A stretch of DNA of 64,000 bases from Eledone cirrhosa (Eukaryota), in contig OZ024755.1 of assembly GCA_964016885.1 (NCBI GenBank), positions 4,960,001 through 5,024,000 of the forward strand, in the 5' to 3' direction. A program made the position numbers and the translations under genes. The notes under the pieces were generated by a model. The model was not told the origin of the DNA. It did not search any database and saw only the letters and a program-made list of their open reading frames with translations. Of the stretch, positions 35,617 through 46,536 are shown in pieces. How positions within the stretch are numbered: the first letter of the stretch is position 1; each line of letters starts with the position of its first letter.

Positions 35617-36183
35617 GCAGGGACTATAGAAGTAGAGGTAGACTAGGCAGAGAGGGAACAGCACATTCATGGGCTGGGGAGTGCCAGTGCGGAGCAGGGA
35701 CTATAGAAGTAGAGGTAGACTAGGCAGAGAGGGAACAGCACATTCATGGGCTGGGGAGTGTCAGTGCGGAGCAGGGACTATAGAAGTAGAGGTAGACTAG
35801 GCAGAGAGGGAACAGCACATTCATGGGCTGGGGAGTGCCAGTGCGGAGCAGGGACTATAGAAGTAGAGGTAGACTAGGCAGAGAGGGAACAGCACATTCA
35901 TGGGCTGGGGAGTGCCAGTGCGGAGCAGGGACTATAGAAGTAGAGGTAGACTAGGCAGAGAGGGAACAGCATATTCATGGGCTGGGGAGTGCCAGTGCGG
36001 AGTAGGGACTATAGAAGTAGAGGTAGACTAGGCAGAGAGGGAACAGCACATTCATGGGCTGGGGAGTGCCAGTGCGGAGTAGGGACTATAGAAGTAGAGG
36101 TAGACTAGGCAGAGAGGGAACAGCACATTCATGGGCTGGGGAGTGCGGAGTAGGGACTATAGAAGTAGAGGTAGACTAGGCAG
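35617..36183. repeat. 77-bp G-rich minisatellite, 7 units plus a partial
   Basis: Unit gcagggactatagaagtagaggtagactaggcagagagggaacagcacattcatgggctggggagtgccagtgcgga; starts at 35617, 35694 and so on. Confidence 0.95.
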
Positions 36184-38023
36184 GAGAAAGCATAATTGTA
36201 GATAAGAAGCTGTTGAATGTCAGCTGCCCATTTTTGCACTGTTGATAAAGCTGCAGTGCCATCCCCTAATGTAGCCACCTTGTCAGCATGAATGTCCTAG
36301 GTGCCTAAACCTTTTTTTCTACAAATACTTGATAACACCACGATGCAAAATTTTGCCCGTTTTCAAGAGAAGTCACAACTAGTTAGATTTAAAGTCTACT
36401 TTAAACAGATGTCAGTTTATTTGGAAAGAAACAATACAGTTATTAATAAAAAGAGTTGAGATTGATGCATGTAAGAGTTCACAGCTCAAGAATCAGTTTT
36501 TCATAGTCAGGGAACCTTCGTACTTCCGTTGGATCAAGCAGACGGGGGCTGGCTTCTTAAAGAAGGCCAAGCAACGATAATTACTAACATGACAATGATT
36601 TTAACGAGAATATACTACTTACTAGATATTCACACACAAGTGACATTAGAATTATATAGAAGAGCAGCCCATATATTTTAGAAATAGCAGCCAAATATTT
36701 ATCGTTCGCCACGTTTTAAAACAATGAAGGACACATTCGAAGATGTAGTTTTAGATACACATATTGGTCAATCTCATTGATTCTATATACATAAGTCGGT
36801 TTTCAGAGGACCTATTTAGGTTATGGGAACTGTTCTTTTGTTCAGATACCATTGACTTGACATGGGTCAACAACAATAGGCGAAGCGGTCCTATTTACTG
36901 CGAATCTACAAATATTATTGGAATTTTACATATTGATGATAAAACATTCTAAGCTTTTTTAAAATTAATAATTAAAAGTTTTTTACATTCTTAAATTCAA
37001 ATTTTAAACTAATTTTTCAAATAGAATTTGTCGTTTGTCTTCACTTCTTTGAAAACAAACCTCAGTGTTGCTACCACGGTTGTTATGTCTACCTCCTACT
37101 ACTCCTCTCACTCTTTATGTCTTGTCTTAGCGAAGACGACAAGTAAACAAATATGAAAATGTTATAAATAAATCGTTTTATGTCATTACAACTGGCTTTA
37201 TTTAATTTAACTTTGTCTTGTTTATAAACCCATGTATAACGTTTTTTATAATGTATAACTTTCTTTATAAACCCATGTATAACGTTTTATTAGCTTATTT
37301 CATCGTAAACATCGATTGTTTTTCTACCTTACTCGCTTACTCTTTCACTCTCTCACTCTTGTTGTTCCCCCTCTCTCTCTATAATATTTACCCCCCTTTT
37401 CTCTCTATATGTATTGCTTTTACTCTCTGTCACACACACACACACACACACACGTTGATATATAGGCATATATCAACGTATATAAACACACACATATACA
37501 CAAATATACAGACACATAAAACGTTAGAAATGGTGGCAAAATTCGCCGCAAATCACCACCTCTTGATTAGAAAATGCTAAACATAGCAACTAAACCTCCT
37601 TACGACCGTAGAACTCGCTAGAAATAGCAGCTGAAGTATTCCTCAAATTACACATCCGATGCCATGTAAAATGCTAGAAACACCAGTCAAATAACGTCTT
37701 CTAGCGACATTTCAAATAACAATGAAATTTCCTTCAAGTTATAACGGTAATGTGTTAGAAAATGCTAGAAAAAGCAGCCAAATCTACGCGTAAACATATA
37801 AACTGGTTGTGAAAATTCCCCATAAATATATATTTTAATAGCAACCAGGTAATCGTAATTTACATATTTTAATACGTATCTCTACAAAATTTCAATTAAA
37901 AACATGCAATATTAAGAAAGTTATTAAAAAAGAGAAAATAAGTGTGTTTATAGGGGGGGGGGGCAAAAATAATAATAAAAAGTTACAGTCAATGGGAAAT
38001 AACTCATAAAAAGATATTTGTAC

Positions 38024-38744
38024 GAGTTACTTGCCCTTGAATACGCTTTCACCAACCGCCCAACACGCCAGCTGGTTGTAATGGCGGCTGGCTGGCCTGT
38101 TGGGCGGTTGGCACATGGAACGTTCAACTACGCAGCCAGTACTAAAGTTCAACATGATAGCCAGTACATATACCGACCACCCTACTGGCCAGCCAGCCGT
38201 AAAGGTGGTTGGTTGGCCGGTTGGGTGGTTGGCATATGTACTGGCTATCATGTTGAACTTTAGCACTGACTGCGTAGTTGAACTTTCCCTATACCAACCG
38301 CCCAACCGGCCAGCCAACCGCCATTATGGTTGGTAGGCCGGTTGGGTGGTTGGCATATGTACTGGCTACCATGTTGAACTTTAGCACTGACTGCGTAATT
38401 GAACGTTCCATATGCCAACCGCCCAACCGGCCAGCAAACCACCATTACGGCTGGCTGGCCGGTTGGGTGGTTGGCATATGTACTGGCTATCATGTTGAAC
38501 TTTAGCACTGACTGCGTAGTTGAACGTTCCATGTGCCAACCGCCCAACCGGCCAGCCAATCGCCATTACGGCTGGTAGGCCGGTTGGGTGGTTGGTATAT
38601 GTACTGGCTACCATGTTGAACTTTAGCACTGACTGCGTAGTTGAACGTTCCATGTGCCAACCGCCCAACAGGCCAGCCAGCCGCCATTACAACCGGCTGG
38701 CCAGTGAGGCTGTTGGTGAAAGCGTTGTCAAGGGCAAGTAACTC
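38024..38744. repeat. GC-rich array of 121-bp hairpin units at the palindrome centre (also at ~48261-48981 and ~58437-59157)
   Basis: Period 121 (ORF ends 38260/38381/38502); hairpin ccaaccgcccaaccggccagccaaccg-ccatta-cggctggtaggccggttgggtggttgg alternating with a ~60-bp spacer; bounded by GAGTTACTTGCCCTTGA ... TCAAGGGCAAGTAACTC. Confidence 0.9.
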
Positions 38745-39253
38745 GATCAAATATCTTTTTATGAATTATTTCCCATTGACTGTAATATTTTTTATTATTT
38801 AATGCCCCCACCCCTTCCCCCCTTATTTTGTTTTCTTTAATAACTTTCTTAATATTGCATATTTTTAATTGAAATTTTGTAGAGATACGTATTAAAATAT
38901 GTAGATTACGATTATCTTTTTGATACTAAAATATAAATTCATGGGGAATTTTCACAACCAGTTTATATGTTTACGCGTAGATTTGGCTGCTTTTTCTAGC
39001 ATTTTCTAACACATTACCGTTATAACTTGAAGGAAATTTCGTTGTTATTTGAAATGTCGCTAGAAGACGTTATTTGACTGGTGTTTGAAGCATTTTACTT
39101 GGCATTGGATGTGTAATTTGAGGAATACTTTAGCTGCTATTTCTAGCAAGTTCTACGGTTGTAGGGAGGTTTAGCCTTTTCTAATCAAGAGGTGATGATT
39201 TGCGGGGAATTTTGCCACCATTTCTAACGTTTTATGTGTCTGTATATTTGTGT

Positions 39254-40715
39254 ATATGTGTGTGTTTATATACGTTGATATGTACCTATGTATCAACGTG
39301 TGTGTGTGTGTGTGTGTGACAGAGAGTAAAAGCAATACATATAGAGAGAAAAGGGGGGTAAATATTATAGAGAGAGAGGGGGAACAACAAGAGTGAGAGA
39401 GTGAAAGAGTAAGCGAGTAAGGTAGAAAAACAATCGATGTTTACGATGAAATAAGCTAATAAAACGTTATACATGGGTTTATAAAGAAAGTTATACATTA
39501 TAAAAAACGTTATACATGGGTTTATAAACAAGACAAAGTTAAATAAAATAAAGCCAGTTGTAAGGACATAAAACGATTTATTTATAACATTTTCATATTT
39601 GTTTACTTGTCGTCTTCGCTAAGTCAAGACATAAAGAGTGAGAGGAGTAGTAGGAGGTAGACATAACAACCGTGGTAGCAACACTGAGGTTTGTTTTCAA
39701 AGAAGTGAAGACAAACAACAAATTCTATTTGAAAAATTAGTTTAAAATTTGAATTTAAGAATGTTAAATACTTTTAATTATTAATTTTAAAAAAGCTTAG
39801 AATGTTTTATCATCAATATGTAAAATTCCAATAATATTTGTAAATTCGCAGTAAATAGGACCGCTTCGCCTATTGTTGTTTACCCATGTAAAGTCAATGG
39901 TATCTGAACAAAAGAACAGTTCCCATAACCTAAATAGGTCCTCTGAAAACCGACTTATGTATATAGAATCAATGAGATTGACCAATATGTGTGTGTTTAT
40001 ATACGTTGATATATACCTATATATCAACGTGTGTGTGTTTGCGTGTGTGACATTGAGTAAAAGCAATACATATAGGGAGAAAAGGGGGGTAAATATTATA
40101 GAGAGAGAGGGGGAACAACAAGAGTGAGAGAGTGAAAGAGTAAGCGAGTAAGGTAGAAAAACAATCGATGTTTACCATGAAATAAGCTAATAAAACGTTA
40201 TACATGGGTTTATAAAGAAAGTTATACATTATAAAAAACGTTATACATGGGTTTATAAACAAGACAAAGTTAAATTAAATAAAGCCAGTTGTAATGACAT
40301 AAAACGATTTATTTATAACATTTTCATATTTGTTTACTTGTCGTCTTCGCTAAGACAAGACATAAAGAGTGAGAGGAGTAGTAGGAGGTAGACATAACAA
40401 CCGTGGTAGCAACACTGAGGTTTGATTTCAAAGAAGTGAAGACAAACAACAAATTCTATTTGAAAAATTAGTTTAAAATTTGAATTTAAGAATGTTAAAT
40501 ACTTTTAATTATTAATTTTAAAAAAGCTTAGAATGTTTTATCATCAATATGTAAAATTCCAATAATATTTGTAGATTCGCAGTAAATAGGACCGCTTCGC
40601 CTATTGTTGTTGACCCATGTCAAAACAATTTTATCTGAACAAAAGAACAGTTCCCATAACCTAAATAGGTCCTCTGAAAACCGACTTATGTATATAGTAT
40701 CAATGAGATTGACCA
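39254..40715. repeat. 731-bp direct duplication in the right palindrome arm (units 1 and 2 only)
   Basis: Copies 39254-39984 and 39985-40715; 'atatgtgt' at 39254, 39985 and 40716. Confidence 0.9.
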
Positions 40716-41923
40716 ATATGTGTATCTAAAACTTCATCTTCGAATGTGTCCTTCATTGTTTTAAAACGTGGCGAACGATAAATATTTGGCTATTATTTCT
40801 AGCATATATGGGCTGCTCTTCTATATAATTCTAATGTCACTTGTGTGTGAATATCTAGTAAGTAGTATATTCTCGTTAAAATCATTGTCATGTTAGTAAT
40901 TATCGTTGCTTGGCCTTCTTTAAGAAGCCAGCCCCCGTCTGCTTGATCCAACGGAAGTACGAAGGTTCCCTGACTATGAAAAACTGATTCTTGAGCTGTG
41001 AACTCTTACATGCATCAATCTCAACTCTTTTTATTAATAACTGTATTGTTTCTTTCCAAATAAACTGACATCTGTTTAAAGTAGACTTCAAATCTAACTA
41101 GTTGTGACTTCTCTTGAAAACGGGCAAAATTTTGCATCGTGGTGTTATCAAGTATTTGTAGAAAAAAGGTTGCCAAGTCAATGGTATCTGGACAAAAGAA
41201 CAGTTCCCATAACCTAAATAGGTCCTCTGAAAACCGACTTTTGGGTACTATAACGCTATTAGCTGTCAGTCGAAGCAGGCGAAGGTGATGTCATTCGTCA
41301 AACATCGTTTATTTCCGTATTACTACCACGCGTAAGTGGAGTTACTTAAATTACATTTTTTTATTTTTTTATTTTTTTATTAAAGCATATAGATGTAAGT
41401 GGAGTTACTTAAATGAAAATATAGGTGGCCCTTAAAAGGGCCAAATTAGAAAACAAGTCATGGTTATCAAATAAATTGGATTTAATCATTTATATTTTCA
41501 TAGTCATGGTTATCAATGTAGAAAACAAGTCATTTTCACCAACAGTGGATAAACCCTTATTCTAGATACTATAACCCCGGAGCATCCTCCTCCCTTGCTA
41601 ATTTGATCACCTAGATATCAGAAGCTATCAACCACCTCTATAGATCCTACCAAACACTTCTATCAATTTTCCCTGAACATTTACTACATAGTTTAGTTTG
41701 TCTGCTATCCCACTGTACCCCTTGTATACCAAAGATCTGCATTGTGTACATTCTATAGAATTTATGCCAACTATATATATATAAATATATTCCTTCCATA
41801 TACTGTAACAATTGTGTTTTTTTCATGTTAGCCCTTTATGAGTTTTTTAACTAAAGTACTTGTAATTTTTATTGGAAATCCGGTGACAAAATGGTTAAAA
41901 CAAATTTCTCTTAATTGTTGCAG

Positions 41924-43718
41924 CTCTTGTAAATTATCTGAAAGTGACACATCTGAATGTTCAATTAAAGACACCTCTTAATAACAATGTTCGGGTAGCC
42001 AAAGTAGATTTACCACCTGGCAACAATGTCGTCAATCCAGAGAGTCCATTCTCCATATCTGTACCTGTTCAAGTGGCAGGTAACTGCAGTCCAATCAATT
42101 TTATTTTACTTTACCTTTCTTTTTATCTTCACCTCATTTGATACGAACCCAACTTAAACCAGCTTTGGTTCTATGAAATAAAACTACCCCAGGAACACAA
42201 TGTGCACAACCTGGTCAGGAATTGAATCCCTGACCCGTTGATTGTGAGTCAAACACCCTAACTAGTAGCTATGTACCCTTCACATCATAATGAAGGGGTT
42301 TAAAACAACAGTTTATTGGATTTATGGCAATATACTGTATTAGTCTAATAAAAAAAATGTTTATTTTATGGTTTCATTCTAAATATTTAAATTTAAGTCT
42401 TCACAGTTTCTTTCTAATGAAAATAAGAGTCACTTTTTAAAAAATATCTCATGCAATTTTCCAAAACTTAAAAGATTAAATGTTGAGTATTTTACATAAT
42501 CTTCAAAACCGTAAAAAAAAATTTGTATTTTTATATTATAAATGTAACTTTTCCTTTCTTATATAGCCAAGTCCTGAATCTAAAGTTACTGAAAATGTCA
42601 GTGTTCAAATTAACCCCCAACCTACAGATATAATTTCCTCTGAAGATGGCCCTGATACAGTGACTTCTCTTGGTATGTCTTGAAGATCATCTCAAGCAGA
42701 GACAGGTGAATTACTTGAATGACTAAAATGTTAGTAATATAACAAACTAATTAAATATATTGATTAATTGATTTACTTTGATCAGATAAAAATGTTCTGT
42801 GGCACTAAACTCAGTTTTGTGCCATTCTTCATCAATATTCTACTAGTTACCAAGCTTTATCACACATTAGACTGTGTTAGCTATCTTCATACTAATTAAC
42901 TAAAAACTATAATTACACTATTGAGAAGTTCTCTCACCTGGCATGTAGGGTCCCGTAACTCCTGAGGGAGTTGTAAGGGGCGCCATATTGACATACAGAT
43001 TTCTAGGGCATTTCTTAAACCTGGCGGAGCTCACCTCCTCCCCAGGTCTCAATACAGCAGATTTCTTCCAGAGAAGGATAGATAGCAAGTTAGAGGAAGA
43101 TATAGAGGAAGAATCGACCCCAGTACTTGACTGGTACTTTTTTTTATCAACCTTGTATGGGTGAAAGACAAAATTGAACTCGGTGGGATTTGAACTGAGA
43201 AAGTAGAAATGAATACCACAAAGCATTCTATTTGATGTGTTAACGACTCTGCCAATTCCCTTCTGTGTCATTTTAAACCATGCTAATTATGTTAATATTA
43301 TTTCTAGTATTGAGGTAGATGGAAGTTATCTTGTGTTTCTAACAGTGTTGTTACTGTTGGATGTTCTGCCTATCACTAATCTATAATCTGTACAAAAGAG
43401 TGAAGTGAATGTCTTTGTTTCCAGAACAACAGTTTTCTATTTCCTATTTATTTTATTTCAGAAAGTCCAATCTCCTTTTATTGTGATACATTTCTTCAGA
43501 TATTAAAAGAGGTGAAATGGATAAAGACAACAGAATATGAACTCAACACAGATCCAGTTGCTTTAGAAGTGGTTGCAGTAGATACTAATGGTCTTTTAAC
43601 ATTGTTAGTTAATAAGTTTATTTTAAAATTTGATTGTTTAGTGAGAGAGGGAAGTATAACAGCTTTCACCCCTTTTCAGGGACTGTGGGAGGAAGGTATC
43701 CTCAAACTGGAAACCTGA
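41924..43718 (+). pseudogene. duplicated DMTF1 3' exon fragments, copy 2 (41924-42079, 42567-42672, ~43462-43718)
   Basis: Near-identical to 30834-30989, 32589-32694 and 33484-33740 with splice sites intact; the equivalent of exon 31777-31937 is deleted; no promoter or 5' exons. Confidence 0.85.
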
Positions 43719-45614
43719 TCCTAGTACTTACAATAAAGTAGACTTAACTAAAGACAATTCAAAAACCAGGCGACAGATTAAGTCTACCACCCACATAGAC
43801 TACGGTAAGATTAAACTCAGAATGCAAAGAGCTGAAACAAATATTTCAAGGCATCTCGTCCTACACTTTAACAATTCAGCCAATACGCTACTCAGAATTG
43901 TTACCTTATTAGAAAGAAGATAGTGTGTCTGTGTGAGGGAGAAAAACAGAAGAGTAATGATCTGTCTATGAAAAGAGAGGATTTTTTTCAAAAATCTCGG
44001 ACGATTTAACGTATGTGCCTTAGAGCAAGGTCATTGTCGTCTGTTAAACAACGAAGACTGAACTAATGCATTATTTTCATAATTTTTAACATTAATTACA
44101 GCTCTATTATATATAAAGTGGCTTTAATAAAGCAAAACAATGTTAAACTGGTGCAATCCAAAACTGAAGAAAGCCTGGGAAATAAAAGAGGAATTACTGT
44201 CTCTACTCAAATATAAGCCGACCCCACTATTTTATGTCCGACAAATGGGCAAAAATTCAAACTTTATTTACAGAGAATTTGTAGTTGGTGAAAATTGTTA
44301 AAATATTGGCCCCGAATATAGGTGAAACCCCCCCCCCCCCCCCTCACCATCTACCACTGACTTTTTGGTCACATATTCCTCAGCTTATATTTGAGTATAT
44401 ATATGGTATTATTACGAAATATATTATTTATCCTCAAGTTATAAATTAGGAAAATATTCCATTTTGGTAGTTTCAGTCGTTTGTTGAATTTATTCAATTT
44501 ATTTTGTTGTTGTATATATGTAATTATTTACTGTATATATTATTTGTGTATATAAATGTATATATATATATAACTTATGAATAAAACATTTAAAATGTCA
44601 TGTTGATCTTTAATACTTGGTTGTTGATCTTTAATAATTTGTCCTGCTTTCTTTAACACCAAAACATTGAAACAGAAATAGTCCCCATAAAATTAAAGTC
44701 TTTGGACAAACATTGCAGTTAGGTCCATTATCGTAGGACTCGTAGCAACCAAAATGCTCTGCCAACTCATGTACAACCTTGCGATGTTCTCAATTCATTG
44801 GTGAAAAGTAATGACTCCGATAGTTCTGTTTCATCTAAAGAAGACAGAAAAGGAAACCTTTGGAAGGTGTATTGAACAAAATGGGATATTTCTACATTGT
44901 AACTAGTGCCAAGTTGAATCAGCCTTTGTCTTTTGCTTGGACATCATATTGTTATACTTGGGGATGCCAGAAATAATAATAAAACACACTCACAGTTTGG
45001 TTTTCACTTCACTTAGAACAACATGACCCTCATCAAGTATAACAATATTTGTTTCAACATGATTTTATATCAAAAACCTTGCAAAACAAATATATATATA
45101 TATGTACACACCGTTACTTCACTGTGTTATAAGCTACATACAACTGACATAGAGTGCTTACACCATAGTTTATGGATTAAGATGGTACAAATAGACACAT
45201 AAATAAAGAAAGCAATATATATACATATTTGCCCATAACGCAGAAAATTCATATATATACCGAAACCTTTTAAGGAACTGGAAAAGGAGTTTGCTATGCT
45301 TGTGGATTTTTTGAAAGGGGAAAAAAAACAATACAATACATATGGTGATCGTCATGTGAAGGAGGAAAGATGGTAGTGTGATGGACTCCACGGACACTGA
45401 TAAGGGTAGCTTGGATCAGGGTAGAAAGTTATCCCTGGTGAGTGAAAAGCCTAACCATTGTTTCAGCTACAGAGGCGGAGGAATTAAGATATGGTGGGTT
45501 TGAAGAAAACAGAGTTGGATGTTGTCGATGTAATGACTATATAGCTCAGAGGTGAATAAACTAGCAAAGATTTCAACATAGTTAACAAGTGAGTCGGGGG
45601 TGTTTCAGTGGAGG

Positions 45615-46412
45615 GCAGGGACTATAGAAGTAGAGGTAGACTAGGCAGAGAGGGAACAGCACATTCATGGGCTGGGGAGTGCCAGTGCGGAGTAAGAACT
45701 ATAGAAGTAGAGGTAGACTAGGCAGAGAGGGAACAGCACATTCATGGGCTGGGGAGTGCCAGTGCGGAGCAGGGACTATAGAAGTAGAGGTAGACTAGGC
45801 AGAGAGGGAACAGCACATTCATGGGCTGGGGAGTGCCAGTGCGGAGCAGGGACTATAGAAGTAGAGGTAGACTAGGCAGAGAGGGAACAGCACGTTCATG
45901 GGCTGGGGAGTGCCAGTGCGGAGCAGGGACTATAGAAGTAGAGGTAGACTAGGCAGAGAGGGAACAGCACATTCATGGGCTGGGGAGTGCCAGTGCGGAG
46001 CAGGGACTATAGAAGTAGAGGTAGACTAGGCAGAGAGGGAACAGCACATTCATGGGCTGGGGAGTGCCAGTGCGGAGCAGGGACTATAGAAGTAGAGGTA
46101 AACTAGGCAGAGAGGGAACAGCACATTCATGGGCTGGGGAGTGCCAGTGCGGAGCAGGGACTATAGAAGTAGAGGTAGACTAGGCAGAGAGGGAACAGCA
46201 TATTCATGGGCTGGGGAGTGCCAGTGCGGAGTAGGGACTATAGAAGTAGAGGTAGACTAGGCAGAGAGGGAACAGCACATTCATGGGCTGGGGAGTGCCA
46301 GTGCGGAGTAGGGACTATAGAAGTAGAGGTAGACTAGGCAGAGAGGGAACAGCACATTCATGGGCTGGGGAGTGCGGAGTAGGGACTATAGAAGTAGAGG
46401 TAGACTAGGCAG
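45615..46412. repeat. 77-bp minisatellite, 10 units plus a partial
   Basis: Offset to unit 1 grows by 231 bp (3 x 77) across the array. Confidence 0.93.
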
Positions 46413-46536
46413 GAGAAAGCATAATTGTAGATAAGAAGCTGTTGAATGTCAGCTGCCCATTTTTGCACTGTTGATAAAGCTGCAGTGCCATCCCCTAATG
46501 TAGCCACCTTGTCAGCATGAATGTCCTAGGTGCCTA

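Larger units (their letters stand above)
36308..41171. repeat. 4.86-kb near-perfect palindrome (foldback structure), copy 1
   Basis: Starts AACCTTTTTTTCTACAAATACTTGATAACACC and ends GGTGTTATCAAGTATTTGTAGAAAAAAGGTT; ORF-track peptides mirrored on opposite strands (36764+/40528-, 37218+/39286-/40017-); axis at ~38200. Confidence 0.95.

Noticed and set aside
36400-37580. Short ORFs in the palindrome arms as a transposase or viral protein
   Set aside because: At most ~128 aa, partly microsatellite-derived, with no DDE, RT, Rep or helicase motif that I can recognise. A translated HMM search would be needed to exclude decayed remnants.
38024-38744. CRISPR-like repeat-spacer array
   Set aside because: The spacers are near-identical copies of one sequence, the context is eukaryotic, and no cas genes are present.
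38018-38750. Overlapping 73-99 aa ORFs on both strands (and their copies at 48.2-49.0 kb and 58.4-59.2 kb)
   Set aside because: By-products of a GC-rich 121-bp repeat with few stops; the frame shifts every unit and no domain is recognisable.
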